45,871 bases of DNA from a virus (lineage: Duplodnaviria > Caudoviricetes). Both the position numbers and the translations under genes were made by a program. How positions within the stretch are numbered: the first letter of the stretch is position 1; every line of letters starts with the position of its first letter. Where the stretch lies: the IMG/VR virus record IMGVR_UViG_3300048560_000066, positions 1-45,871 of that record, one strand, 5' to 3'. Shown in pieces: positions 17,857-28,263 of the stretch. The notes beneath the pieces were generated by a model. That model saw only the letters and a program-made list of their open reading frames with translations, had not been told where the DNA came from and ran no database searches.

Positions 17857-18153
17857 ATGCCCCTTCCCCAGTACGACAATGCCGTGGATTTCGAGCAGGC
17901 GCAGCCGCGCCTCAAGCGCGTCTTCAACGTGCTCCTGAAGATTCCGCTCCTGGACGGGGTGCTGCTCTCGGACGTCGAGCTCGCCGCGGCGACCGACGTC
18001 CCGGTGGTTCACGGCCTCGGCCGGAAGCCGCTCGGGTACTTCCCGGTGGCGCTCTCTGCGGAGATCTCCCCGTACGAGTACGCCGCGCGGGACGACAAAT
18101 TTCTTTACTTGCGGTCCGCCTCCGGGGGTACTGTGGCGTTGTGGGTCTTTTAA
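17857..18153 (+). CDS. Small virion protein (start uncertain)
   Basis: VVHGLGRKPLGY motif typical of small tail proteins. Confidence 0.55.
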   Translation: MPLPQYDNAVDFEQAQPRLKRVFNVLLKIPLLDGVLLSDVELAAATDVPVVHGLGRKPLGYFPVALSAEISPYEYAARDDKFLYLRSASGGTVALWVF

Positions 18154-18181
18154 GACCCGCTACACCCCGTTTGGAGGGTTA

Positions 18182-21100
18182 ATGCTGCAAAAACAGCCTC
18201 TTAAGCTGAACACCACCGGCGGCATCGACAACAAGCACGACGAGGTCCTCGTCCTACCGTCGAAGCTCGCGCTCCTCGAGAACGCGCTCATCGGCGAGGG
18301 CGGGACCGTCGAGTCGCGGCTCGGGTTCGTCTCTGGGACCCAGGCGAGCCAGGCGAACAACCGTCTTGCGAAGTTTCGGAAGACGCTCATCATCGAGCGC
18401 GCGGACGGGCTCTACGCGAAGAACGGGCAACGCATCGACCCGTTTCCTGGGTCAACTGGGTATCAGGATTTCGCACGCTGCGACGCCGTCGCGACGCCCA
18501 TTCTGGGATCCGCCGAGCTGTCGAACCCAAGCAGTGTCGATGTGGCGAAGGGATTGACTACCTCGTGTTGGATCTCCGTCACGTTGAATTCCGGGGGCTA
18601 CGCCGGCATCGCGGGCGTCATCCTCCTCGATTCAGACGGGAGTGAACAGGCGCAATTCCTTTTGACGGACATCCTCGGGGCGACCCAGTACTTCAGCCCG
18701 CGCGTTCTCCCCAGCTCGACCGCCGGGGAGTTTCATCTCTACTACGTGAGCGTCACCGCGGGACCGACGTATCAGCTCGCACATCGGACCATCTCCGCCG
18801 CGGGTGCGCTCGGGAGCGAGACGAATGTCGGCGCGGCGATGCACTCGACGATGGTGTTCGATGTCGCGCCCGATGTGCTCGTGAATTCCACGTCCAAGTT
18901 CACTGTGGCACTGAAGCGCGCGACCGGGGACATCGAACTCCGGGCGGTCAGCTCCGCGGACGGAGTGACCGCGAGCGCCTCTGGGACCGTGACTCCGTCG
19001 ATCGGCGTGGAGACGCTTTGCGCGGTCACCACGTACGACGGTACGAAGCGTCACTGCGCGTTTTTCTCGCAATCAAACAACATCCTCTACGCCTGCGGCA
19101 TGACCGCGGCTGGGACGATGATTACGCAGAAGACCATGCTCACGCTCGGAGGTGGCTCGCGAATTGGTCGCATGTCGGCGACCGACGAGGCCGGAGCGAC
19201 GCTCGAGACGCTCGCAATCGCGCTCGACGTCAATTCCGCAGCGTGGGGGAGTTCGGCGGCCACCGACCCGGATACCGCGGGCGTGTATGTCCTCACCGCC
19301 GCCAAGGACCTCCTGTCGGCGGCGCCGCTGAAAGTGATCGCGCGGGGCGTCCTACTGTCGAGCCGGATCCGACCACATATCGACGGACGAAAGACTCGCA
19401 CTGTGTTTGGAGCCACGCGGCATGTGACCGGCGACTCGACGACGTTTGTCCTCGACCCGACCGCGGCTATCGCGGGTGGGGCTTCGTCCGGGACCGCGCC
19501 GCTCATCCTGGCTCGGCTTGCGATCGGCGAGACTTCGCTCACTGGGGCGGCGACGTGGACCGCGCAACTTCGCGTCCCCGATACGGGAACCGCGCCGACG
19601 TTCTCCGCGAAATCCACGTTTTCGTTTCCGATGATGCGATACATCTCGGCGCTCCAGACCCAGCGAAGTGCGAACGTCACGCCCATCGCCCTCTGCCGGG
19701 TCGACTGCGATACTGCCTCGCAGGCGCCCGGGTACGTCGAGCTCCAGAACGGCACGCTCCTCTATGGTGCCTGCCCGTACTGGTACGACGGACGCACCGC
19801 CACCGAGCAGGGGTTCAATTTCCGACCGATTCTCTCCGGCGCCGCGCACGCGGGAGCGGCCGGCACGGTCTCCGCAGGCACGTACCAGTTCTATGCGACG
19901 TTTGGGTGGGAGGACGCGCTCGGGAACTGGCACGAGTCGGCGCCGAGCGACCTCCTCACCGTTACCGGCGTCCTGGCGAACGAGACCATCACGTTCACCG
20001 CGTCCGCGATGAATCTCACGTGGAAGCGAAATGTGAAGCTCGTGGTGTATCGTACGGAGGCGAACGGGTCGGTTTTCTACCGCGACCAGGCGGCCAACAG
20101 CGTTCCCGGGTTCGCTACGATCGCCGTTTCGAGCGGCGGCTCGGACGCGGGGCTCCTCGGCGGCTCGCTCGTGCCCATCTCGGGAGACGTGCTCGAGAAC
20201 GAGCCGCTCCCCGCGATGCGCCATGCGGTCGTCTGGGACAACCGGCTGTGGATGGCCGGGTGCGGCGATGGGTTCGACATCGCGTTCTCGCAGCCGCTCG
20301 CCGAAGGCTTCGGGGTGGAGTACAACTCCGAGTTTCGTCGGCGGTCGAATCCTGCGTTCGGCCGCGCGGTCGCGGTCGCCGAGTACGGCCAGCGGCTCGC
20401 GGTCTTCGGCGAGGACGACATCGGCGTGGTTTTCGGCTCCGGGCCCTCGCGCACGGGCGAGCAGGACAACTACACCGAGATCCAGCCGTTCGAGACGGCG
20501 CTCGGCGCGGTCTGGGAGTACCCCCGGACGACCGCGGCCACCCCTGAGGGCATCTGGTTCCAGACCGACCGCGGGATGCGGCTCCTCCTGGCGAGCGGAT
20601 CGATCGCGACGTCCGACGACAAAATCGAACTTGGGTCGGAGATCGACTCGCTCCTCGGAACTCCCGCGCTCGCGATTCACTGCGGCTCCCGGCGCGAGTT
20701 GTGGGTCTGGGACCTCGATAACAGCTACATCTACGTCTGGGCGTATGAGTGGAAGCAGTGGTCGCGGCTTCGCCCGGCCGGAGAGGCGGACGGCGGATGG
20801 ATGGACGCCCTCGAGACCGGCGGCATCGTCTATACCGGCGATGATTCTGGTTACCTCATCACTTACGGGACCTCGGTCTACACGGACGACGGCAACAGCG
20901 TTACCAGCACTCTCGAGACCCCGTGGCTCCAGCTGGCGGGCGTGCAGGGCTTCCAGCGCGTGTATGACCTGATGGTGCTCGGGAAAGACCTCGACGCGAG
21001 CGCGAACGTCGCTTTCACCCTGACGCCCGCGTACGACTTCGGCGCGTTCGGCTCGCCGGAGGTTTCCGCGGTCGCGGTCGCCCCGACGAACAGCTTCATC

Positions 21101-21256
21101 CAGTGGACGCACCCGTTCGCCCGCCAGAAGTGCGAGGCGCTCAAGCTCCGCCTGGCATGGGCGGTGAGCACGTCGCGCTTCCGCTTGACGAACCTCAGCC
21201 TGATGGTAGGACTCAAGGGGGGCCGGTACAAGGTCCCGAGTTCTCAGAGGATTTAA
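18182..21256 (+). CDS. Tail nozzle / tail tubular B-like protein with enlarged central region
   Basis: TGGIDNK...LLENA N-terminus, propeller-like repeats, LETPWLQLAGVQGFQRVY...RQKCEALKLRL C-terminus. Confidence 0.7.
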   Translation: MLQKQPLKLNTTGGIDNKHDEVLVLPSKLALLENALIGEGGTVESRLGFVSGTQASQANNRLAKFRKTLIIERADGLYAKNGQRIDPFPGSTGYQDFARCDAVATPILGSAELSNPSSVDVAKGLTTSCWISVTLNSGGYAGIAGVILLDSDGSEQAQFLLTDILGATQYFSPRVLPSSTAGEFHLYYVSVTAGPTYQLAHRTISAAGALGSETNVGAAMHSTMVFDVAPDVLVNSTSKFTVALKRATGDIELRAVSSADGVTASASGTVTPSIGVETLCAVTTYDGTKRHCAFFSQSNNILYACGMTAAGTMITQKTMLTLGGGSRIGRMSATDEAGATLETLAIALDVNSAAWGSSAATDPDTAGVYVLTAAKDLLSAAPLKVIARGVLLSSRIRPHIDGRKTRTVFGATRHVTGDSTTFVLDPTAAIAGGASSGTAPLILARLAIGETSLTGAATWTAQLRVPDTGTAPTFSAKSTFSFPMMRYISALQTQRSANVTPIALCRVDCDTASQAPGYVELQNGTLLYGACPYWYDGRTATEQGFNFRPILSGAAHAGAAGTVSAGTYQFYATFGWEDALGNWHESAPSDLLTVTGVLANETITFTASAMNLTWKRNVKLVVYRTEANGSVFYRDQAANSVPGFATIAVSSGGSDAGLLGGSLVPISGDVLENEPLPAMRHAVVWDNRLWMAGCGDGFDIAFSQPLAEGFGVEYNSEFRRRSNPAFGRAVAVAEYGQRLAVFGEDDIGVVFGSGPSRTGEQDNYTEIQPFETALGAVWEYPRTTAATPEGIWFQTDRGMRLLLASGSIATSDDKIELGSEIDSLLGTPALAIHCGSRRELWVWDLDNSYIYVWAYEWKQWSRLRPAGEADGGWMDALETGGIVYTGDDSGYLITYGTSVYTDDGNSVTSTLETPWLQLAGVQGFQRVYDLMVLGKDLDASANVAFTLTPAYDFGAFGSPEVSAVAVAPTNSFIQWTHPFARQKCEALKLRLAWAVSTSRFRLTNLSLMVGLKGGRYKVPSSQRI

Positions 21257-22194
21257 TGCCGCCTCCCCCGCGACCATACGACGATTCTGCTCCGGGCGGG
21301 TTCACTCCCCGCCCCGCGTGGGGTCCGCCGCCGTCGGTGACGCCGGAGAGCGTCTACCTCGAGCAGCAGGCCAACTCCCACGGCGCGGGCGCGGTAGACC
21401 CGAACCGCGTCGATACGGCGGCCTCGAACTACAACCCCTACTGGAGCCAGTACGGGCGCGACCAGCAGCAGTACTACGGCTCGCGGCCGAACGTCGGCTC
21501 CGACCCGGCGAACCAGAACGCCGCGCGGCAGTATCAGGACCAGCTCCTCCAGGGGCTCCACACGCTCGCTGCGGGGGACTCGAACTCCGCCGCGCAGCAG
21601 TCGCTCCGGCAGGGGTACGACTCGGCGCGGAATCAGGCGAGCTCGCTCGCGACCACCCGCCGAAACGTCGGCGCCGGAGCCGCGGCCCGCGGGGCGCAGC
21701 GCCAGCGCGAGGGCCTCACCGCGCAGCAGAGCGGGAACTCCGCGGCGCTCATGCTTCAGCAGCAGCGCGCGGCCGAGCAGGCGCTCGCCCAGCTCTACGC
21801 GCAGCAGCGCGCGCAGGACATCGCGTTCGCGAACCAGAACGCTCAGAACCAGCTCGGGAACCAGGCGCTGAACCAGCAAGGTCAGCAGTCGGGCGCGGCG
21901 CTCGGCCTCGGGTACGACCTCGGTCAGATGAACCAGCAGGGCCAGCTGGCGAGCGCGCAGCTCGGGTTCGGGCTGAGTCAGCAGGACATCAATCAGCAGT
22001 ACATGAACTCGCTCGTCGGGGCCGGCGCGGGCGCCGCGGGCGCCGCCGCGACCGCGTTCAACACGGGCGGGGGACGCAACGGCCTCAACGGCTATGGGGG
22101 CGTGTCGGCATACGGCTACTCACCCCAGGGTGGCGGGGGCTATGCCGGCTCGACCGCCCAAGCGCCGTGGGGCATGCCGGGACCGCAGGGGTAA
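21256..22194 (+). CDS. Internal virion / DNA ejection protein (Q/A/G-rich)
   Basis: Composition and position after the nozzle; TAATG overlap. Confidence 0.6.
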   Translation: MPPPPRPYDDSAPGGFTPRPAWGPPPSVTPESVYLEQQANSHGAGAVDPNRVDTAASNYNPYWSQYGRDQQQYYGSRPNVGSDPANQNAARQYQDQLLQGLHTLAAGDSNSAAQQSLRQGYDSARNQASSLATTRRNVGAGAAARGAQRQREGLTAQQSGNSAALMLQQQRAAEQALAQLYAQQRAQDIAFANQNAQNQLGNQALNQQGQQSGAALGLGYDLGQMNQQGQLASAQLGFGLSQQDINQQYMNSLVGAGAGAAGAAATAFNTGGGRNGLNGYGGVSAYGYSPQGGGGYAGSTAQAPWGMPGPQG

Positions 22195-22197
22195 ACA

Positions 22198-23016
22198 ATG
22201 CCGCAAGACCCGACCACAGGCGACCAGGGCAACCACTGGGGCTCCGAGACCCCCGGCCCGGGCGGCATTCCGTCCTACACCCGCCCCGACGGCTCGCAGG
22301 CCCTCGGCTCGTTCGGCGCGACCCAGTTCCTCGGGGTGACTCCGGGGCCGATGGACCCGGAGGACTACGCCAACTGGCAGATGAGCCAGGTCAACTATCC
22401 GACCGACATCGCCAACTCGCAGGCGTGGACGCAGATGATGCAGCAGGGCGCCAACGCGTCCGAGATGCGCAACCCCTACGAGGCGAACGTCGCGAACCGG
22501 AGCTTCGCCGGTCAGGACAACGCGCAGCAGGGGCTCATGGCCGCGCTCGCCGGCCCCAGCGTGACGAACCTCCAGGCGCAGCTCGGTCAGCAGCAGAACC
22601 TTCAATCCGCGGCGCGGGCGCAGGCGGGGGGCCGAGGGCGCGCGGTGGGGATGCAGCTCGCGCAGAACGCCGGAGCGATGGCGAACCAGCAAGGGCAGGG
22701 CGCGCTCCGAGAGAACATGGCCGGGCGGCAGGTTGCCAGTCAGGGCGCGCAGGCGATGCGCGGCCAGGCGCTCCAGGTGATGCAGGACCAGAGCCAGTCC
22801 GGGCTTCAGGCACGGTCGCTCAGCGACCAGCAACGGCAATTCTACGCGCAGCAGGGCGCCCGCCTGGCGCTGGCGCAGCGGCAGAGCGCCATCGAGCGGT
22901 ATAAGCTGTTCAAGCAGCTTCAGATGCGCCGTCAACAGCAGTACGGGACGATGATTCAGAACGCGACGAACATCTCGGCGGCGGCCACCTCGGCCGCGAT
23001 GGGGTTTGGTGGCTGA
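22198..23016 (+). CDS. Internal virion / DNA ejection protein (Q/A/M-rich)
   Basis: Composition like upstream gene; small-residue C-terminus. Confidence 0.6.
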   Translation: MPQDPTTGDQGNHWGSETPGPGGIPSYTRPDGSQALGSFGATQFLGVTPGPMDPEDYANWQMSQVNYPTDIANSQAWTQMMQQGANASEMRNPYEANVANRSFAGQDNAQQGLMAALAGPSVTNLQAQLGQQQNLQSAARAQAGGRGRAVGMQLAQNAGAMANQQGQGALRENMAGRQVASQGAQAMRGQALQVMQDQSQSGLQARSLSDQQRQFYAQQGARLALAQRQSAIERYKLFKQLQMRRQQQYGTMIQNATNISAAATSAAMGFGG

Positions 23017-25436
23017 TGGCCGACTTCTCGAACGACGTGGAGAAGGCGCTTCCGCCCCGCAAGGGGAAGTCGAAGCGGAGCGCGGGGCCGCGCGGGGTCG
23101 TCCTGCGGCCGGGCGAGAAGCCCGACTGGAAGACCTGGGGTGAGGTCATCGTCTTCCAGACCGACAAGGGCGACCGGACCGTCATCCCCCGCGGGTCGAT
23201 GGATGAGGACCGCTGGTCGCGGTTGACCGAGGCTGCGAAGGCGACGCCCGGCTACGCCGGCCACCTCGACGCGGGCGAGCCCGTCGACCTCGCGCACAAC
23301 ACCTCCCTCGACCCCGACACGGGGCGGCTCGAGCGGGTGCGGCTGGTCGAGCCGTACGAGCAGGACCCGAACCGTCCGCTCCGCGTCATCGCCGAGGAGC
23401 CGAAGACCGAGCAGGAAGTTGCGGACATCGAGAAGTACCGCGCGTCGAAGCGTCCGGGCGCGAAGGCGGCGCCCGCCGCGGCGAAGACCGAACCTGTCGT
23501 CCCCGGCTCGCCGGAGGATGAGGCGGACGCCGCGCGCATCTTCGCCGAAGCGGATGCGGAGCAAGCGCTCGCCGACGAAGGGCTCGAGGCGGTCAAGAGC
23601 GCGAAGGTCATCGGGAGCGGCGACCTCTCCCCCGACGAGGCCGCGGCCGTCGAAGCGTACCGGCAGACCCCCCTCGCGGCGGCGAAGGCGCTTCCCCACG
23701 GCCCCGAGCGCGAGAAGAAGATGCTCGAGCTGGCGAAGGCCGGCGCGCTGCCCGAGGTCGCGCCACTTCCCCCGGACGACCCGATTTACATGGGCGGAGA
23801 CCTCGGTCCGGCTCCCGAGCTCGCCGCGATGGCCCCGCCGCCCCCCGGCGCGCCGGTGGACATGGCCGCCGGCCTGAGCGGACCGCCCGCGGCCCCGCGC
23901 TCCGCGATGGACCAGCTGACCTTCCCGCAGCCGGGGGAGAACCCCTTCGCTCCCGCGGGCCCGACCGCGGGCCAGGCGCTCCCGCTCCAGGCGCAGCTGT
24001 CCGCCGGGAAGGCGGGCGTCGACGCCGCGGCGAACACCGAGCGCGCGATGCAGGCCGGACTCGTCCCGCGTCCGGGCGCGCCCGGGGGCGCGGGCGGGCC
24101 CCCGGGAGCCGGTGGGTCCATGTCGGCGTCCGTCTCGGGCGGTGGCGGCTTCCAGAAGCCCCGGCTCCAGTACCCCCAGGTCGACCGCAGCGCCGAAGAC
24201 GCGCTCCGCGACGAGGCGGCACGACTCAACGAGACCACCGACAACCTCCTCCGCGATGAAGCAGACCGCCAGGTCGCGCTGAAGACCGACCTCGCCTCGA
24301 AGCAGGCGGACATCGACCGGCTCAACGCCGCGCAGGCGGAGGGCTTCGAGCGGAACTACCAGGAGATGGAGCGCTACCAGTCGGCGGCGCAGCAGACCCT
24401 CGCCGAGATGCAGGCGCGGAGCACCCAGTCCATCGACACGGGGCGGTACTTCCGCAACGCGGGCATCGCGAAGCAGGTGATGAGCGTCCTGGCGGGCGCG
24501 CTCTACGGCTTCCTCGGGAAGGGCCTCGAGTGGCAGGCGCATCTCGACGGGCTCGTGGAGCAAGACATCCGCGCGCAGGAGAGCGACCGCGACGCGGCGC
24601 TGAAGGGGCTCGACGCGAAGGCGAAGGGCTACTTCAACGCGCGCGACTTCGCGATGTCGATGGGCGCCCGGAAGGACGAGGCGTACGCCATCCAGAAGGC
24701 GGCGGTGTACAAGGCGATGGACATGTACCTCGCCAACGCCGAGCGCGAGACGAAGAACGCCGACGTGAAGATGCGCGCCGCGCAGATGCGCTTCGACATC
24801 GGCAACAAAATCGTCGACGCGCAGCAGCGCGGTGCCGAGCTCGTCCAGCGCCGGGTCGACCAGATGAACTCGGACGCGCTGAAGGTGGCGGCGCTCGAGA
24901 TGCAGGACCGGCACTTCCGCGCTCAGGTGGCGCTGAAGCAACAGGCGCTCGCGGCGAAGGGGAAGAGTGGTCGGCCGCTCCCCTCGCGCCTCGCGCAGCG
25001 ATTCATCCAGGTTCAGGACGCCGACAAGACCATCGACCAGATGAAGAAGCTGCTCTCGAAGGGCGTGCCTCAGACGCTCGGCGACGAGTCGGTGAAGCAC
25101 GGCCCCGGCATGCTCCAGAACGCGCAGGAGGCTGTCGGCCTCACCGACGCCCCCTCACGGCGGGTGCTGCTCGCCTCCATGGCCCGAAGCCTCATCGCCG
25201 GGGTCGAAGCGCGCCCCGGTGCGCTGACGCTCTCGGACGATGCGGCGCTCAAAGAGTTCGGACTCGACGTCGGGCTCGCGTCTGCGAAGACGGACGCCAT
25301 CCTCGAGGGCTGGCGCGAGCGGGCGAAGGCCGCGGAGCGAATCATCCGCGAGGTCTCCGCCGGGTCTGGGTACACCGTCCCCGAGGGCGGCGAAGACGAG
25401 GGCGATGATGCCTTCGAACCGAGCGAGGGCGAATGA
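23016..25436 (+). CDS. Large internal virion / ejection protein
   Basis: 806 aa, Pro/Gly linker then coiled coil with hydrophobic SVLAGALYGFLG. Confidence 0.6.
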   Translation: MADFSNDVEKALPPRKGKSKRSAGPRGVVLRPGEKPDWKTWGEVIVFQTDKGDRTVIPRGSMDEDRWSRLTEAAKATPGYAGHLDAGEPVDLAHNTSLDPDTGRLERVRLVEPYEQDPNRPLRVIAEEPKTEQEVADIEKYRASKRPGAKAAPAAAKTEPVVPGSPEDEADAARIFAEADAEQALADEGLEAVKSAKVIGSGDLSPDEAAAVEAYRQTPLAAAKALPHGPEREKKMLELAKAGALPEVAPLPPDDPIYMGGDLGPAPELAAMAPPPPGAPVDMAAGLSGPPAAPRSAMDQLTFPQPGENPFAPAGPTAGQALPLQAQLSAGKAGVDAAANTERAMQAGLVPRPGAPGGAGGPPGAGGSMSASVSGGGGFQKPRLQYPQVDRSAEDALRDEAARLNETTDNLLRDEADRQVALKTDLASKQADIDRLNAAQAEGFERNYQEMERYQSAAQQTLAEMQARSTQSIDTGRYFRNAGIAKQVMSVLAGALYGFLGKGLEWQAHLDGLVEQDIRAQESDRDAALKGLDAKAKGYFNARDFAMSMGARKDEAYAIQKAAVYKAMDMYLANAERETKNADVKMRAAQMRFDIGNKIVDAQQRGAELVQRRVDQMNSDALKVAALEMQDRHFRAQVALKQQALAAKGKSGRPLPSRLAQRFIQVQDADKTIDQMKKLLSKGVPQTLGDESVKHGPGMLQNAQEAVGLTDAPSRRVLLASMARSLIAGVEARPGALTLSDDAALKEFGLDVGLASAKTDAILEGWRERAKAAERIIREVSAGSGYTVPEGGEDEGDDAFEPSEGE

Positions 25437-27775
25437 GCGCGCCGAAGAAACAGCGCTGGGCGGTCGTCGCCCCTGACGGGCGCGCCGGCTACTACAACGG
25501 CGACCTCGCCGAGGCCATCGCGAAGGGGTACAAGCCCCGCGGGGAGACCCAGCGCGAGCTCGCCAAGGCGAACGTCGCCGAGGAGACCGGGCTCCAGGCC
25601 GGCCTCGAGGGGGCGGCGCGCGGGCTGACGTTCGGGCTCTCGGACCCGCTGCTCGCGACGGACCCGGGCGAGGCGGAGATGATGCGCGCCCGCTCGAAGA
25701 CCGGCGCGGGGACCGCGGGCGAAGTCGCCGGTACCGTCGGCGCCATCTTCGGCCCCGGTGCGCTCGGCGTGGGCGGGAAGCTCCTCGGCGGTGCCGGGAA
25801 GGCGCTCTCGTCGAAGCTCGGCGGAAAGCTCCTCGGGCGCATGACCGGCGGCGCGCTCGAGGGCTCCCTCTTCGGGCTGACGAACGCCGTCTCGGAGTCG
25901 ACCCTCGAAAACCAACCCCTCACGTCCGAGTACGTCGCGAGCGCGATGGCGGCGGGCGGTCTCTTCGGGGGCGGGGCCGGCGGGGCGTTCTACGGGCTCG
26001 AGAAGGGGATCAAGGGCGCGGCCGCCAAGCTGGCGAAGGTGGACGTCGCCGGCATGGCGGGGAAGCTCGCCGACGAGGCTGACCTGGCGATGTTGCGGAA
26101 GGCGAACGGCGGCCCCCACCCCTACGAGGGGAACATGCTGAAGGTCGGCCGGCGCGAGGGTATCCTCGGCGGGAAGGCGAGCTACAGCAACTACAACAGC
26201 GTCGACGCGGCGAAGCAGGCGCAGGCACGCATCGGCGGCGAGCTCGGAGTGGCGCTCGATCAGCTCGACGCGCGGGTGCCCTTCAGCGCGCAGAACGCAG
26301 GCAAGGCCATCCGCGACGCGCTCAAGCCCCTCGCGCGGAACCCGGTGTACCAGCCGGTCATCGAGGGGCCGCTCACCGACCTCGTCAACCGTATCTACGG
26401 CGGCCAGGCGCAGGCCCCGCGCTTCGGGTGGCGAGACGCCTTCGAGCTTCAGTCGTCCATGCGCAGCGCGCTCGAGGGCGGGAACCTCGCTTCGAACGCC
26501 AAGAAGAAGGTCTTCGACGTCGCCCGGAAGGCCCTCCGCGACCACATCGCCGACACCGTCGAGGCGAAGCTCCACCCCGGCGCCGGGCGGGCGTTCCGCG
26601 ACGCGCTCGCCGACTACGGCTCCGCCGCCGAGCTCGAGAAAATCTTCACGCGGGCGCACGAGGCATACCAGAAGTCGCCGCTGAACATGCTCGCGGGCGG
26701 CGAGGCGGCGATGGGTCTCGTGATGGGCCACCCCGTCATGGGCGTCGGCGCCGCCATCGCTCAGAAGGCGCTCCAGCCCCGCTGGGGCTTCCTGCTCTCG
26801 GACGCGATTCGCTCCGGCGGGCCGCTCATCCAACGTTTCGGGCGCGGCCTCGAGGCCCGGATGAGCAAGCTCGCCGGCTCGGCGGCCTTCGCCCCCTTCC
26901 AGCTCCTCCTCGAGGACGCCGCGTCGCATGGCTCCGCCGCCCTCCTGGCGGAACACGCGCGCATCGCGAAGTCGGCGGACGGCCCCGAGTACCTCGCGAT
27001 GATGGGCATGCCCGCCGAGAACCCCGAGCTGATGGAAGACTCGCTCGCCCGCGCCGGGTCGATGCACGCCGCGGCGAGCTACGCGGACGCGATGAACGAG
27101 CGCGCTCAGCGCCAGGTGGCGGGCTTCTTCGGCGAAAAGGCGGGTAAGATGACGGCGATTCGGACCGGAGACTTCGATGGGATGCAGGCTCGTCTCGGGA
27201 AAATCCGCGCTCTCCTCGACAACCCCACTTCGGCGTATGAGGCCATCCCGGAGACGCTCGCGGGCGCCGCGCCCAACGTCTCGGGTCAAGCCGCCGCGAC
27301 CCTCATCCGCGCCGCCCAATACCTCAGCGACCAGGCCCCGAAGGACCCCTACGCCGGCCAGCCGCAAGCGCTTCGCCGCGCCTGGAAGCCTAGCCCGACG
27401 GAGATCAACCGCTGGTTCCGTATCCTGGATGCCATCGAGCGGCCGGGTGCGGTGGTCGAGCGAATGAGGGCCGGGCGGGTCGACGCCGAGCAGCTGAAGG
27501 CGCTCGAGTACGTCTACCCGGCGCTCAACGCCGACTTCCAGCTGAAGGTGGCGGAGAAGCTGGGGACCTGGGAAAAGAAGCTTGACCCAGCCCGGAAGAA
27601 CGCCCTCGCGAAATGGACCGGCGGAAATCTTGGCATGTCGCAGGGGGCGGCTAGCCTGCTCCAGCAGATGCATCAACAGAAGGCCGGCCCCGCGCCCAAG
27701 CCTCGCGACGGACGTCAAAAAATCGACGTGCAAGAGAACGTCGAGACGCAGGCTCAACGCCTGGAACGGAGATGA
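25433..27775 (+). CDS. Large internal virion / ejection protein
   Basis: GLEGAARGLTFGLSD and Gly-rich GxxxG membrane-like segments. Confidence 0.65.
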   Translation: MSAPKKQRWAVVAPDGRAGYYNGDLAEAIAKGYKPRGETQRELAKANVAEETGLQAGLEGAARGLTFGLSDPLLATDPGEAEMMRARSKTGAGTAGEVAGTVGAIFGPGALGVGGKLLGGAGKALSSKLGGKLLGRMTGGALEGSLFGLTNAVSESTLENQPLTSEYVASAMAAGGLFGGGAGGAFYGLEKGIKGAAAKLAKVDVAGMAGKLADEADLAMLRKANGGPHPYEGNMLKVGRREGILGGKASYSNYNSVDAAKQAQARIGGELGVALDQLDARVPFSAQNAGKAIRDALKPLARNPVYQPVIEGPLTDLVNRIYGGQAQAPRFGWRDAFELQSSMRSALEGGNLASNAKKKVFDVARKALRDHIADTVEAKLHPGAGRAFRDALADYGSAAELEKIFTRAHEAYQKSPLNMLAGGEAAMGLVMGHPVMGVGAAIAQKALQPRWGFLLSDAIRSGGPLIQRFGRGLEARMSKLAGSAAFAPFQLLLEDAASHGSAALLAEHARIAKSADGPEYLAMMGMPAENPELMEDSLARAGSMHAAASYADAMNERAQRQVAGFFGEKAGKMTAIRTGDFDGMQARLGKIRALLDNPTSAYEAIPETLAGAAPNVSGQAAATLIRAAQYLSDQAPKDPYAGQPQALRRAWKPSPTEINRWFRILDAIERPGAVVERMRAGRVDAEQLKALEYVYPALNADFQLKVAEKLGTWEKKLDPARKNALAKWTGGNLGMSQGAASLLQQMHQQKAGPAPKPRDGRQKIDVQENVETQAQRLERR

Positions 27776-28263
27776 ACATGAAGCGCTTCCTCCTCTTCGC
27801 TGGTCTGGCCGGTGCCGTGGCGCTGGCCGCCGGCATGCCCAAGCAAGCGACCGTCTCGAGCTCAGGCGGCACCGGCCTGCGCCCCACCACCCCGGACGCG
27901 GGGGTCGCGCTCGACGGCACCGCCGCGGCGATTCGGGTGACCGTCACCGCCGCGGCCGGGACCATCACCGGCGGGAAGGTCTACTGCTTCTACCTCGGCC
28001 CGACCGGCGTGGGGAAAGACCGCGTCCTCCCGACCTACCCGAGTAACAGCTGGGTCCGCTGCCCGCTGCTCGACCTCACCGTGCCCACCGCGCTCGAGAC
28101 CGACGCCGGCACCATCCACGGGATGGTCTTCCCCGACCTCCCAGTCGTCGGCTCGTACGGCCGCGTGAGCTTCGTCCCCGGCACGTTGACCGGCACCGCG
28201 GACGACGCGGGGGTCAACACCTACATCGTCACCACCGAAGCCTGGGGGAGGACCTCGCCGTGA
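27772..28263 (+). CDS. Beta-rich protein with Sec-type signal peptide
   Basis: MNMKRFLLFAGLAGAVALA; two Cys. Confidence 0.75.
   Translation: MNMKRFLLFAGLAGAVALAAGMPKQATVSSSGGTGLRPTTPDAGVALDGTAAAIRVTVTAAAGTITGGKVYCFYLGPTGVGKDRVLPTYPSNSWVRCPLLDLTVPTALETDAGTIHGMVFPDLPVVGSYGRVSFVPGTLTGTADDAGVNTYIVTTEAWGRTSP

Noticed and set aside
579-27757. Long antisense and alternate-frame ORFs (e.g. 579-2255, 8590-10413, 11661-13628, 22956-25100, 25070-27757)
   Set aside because: Expected shadows of high-GC3 genes; R/A/G/P-rich without motifs or RBS, unlike the HNH frame at 10485-11108.
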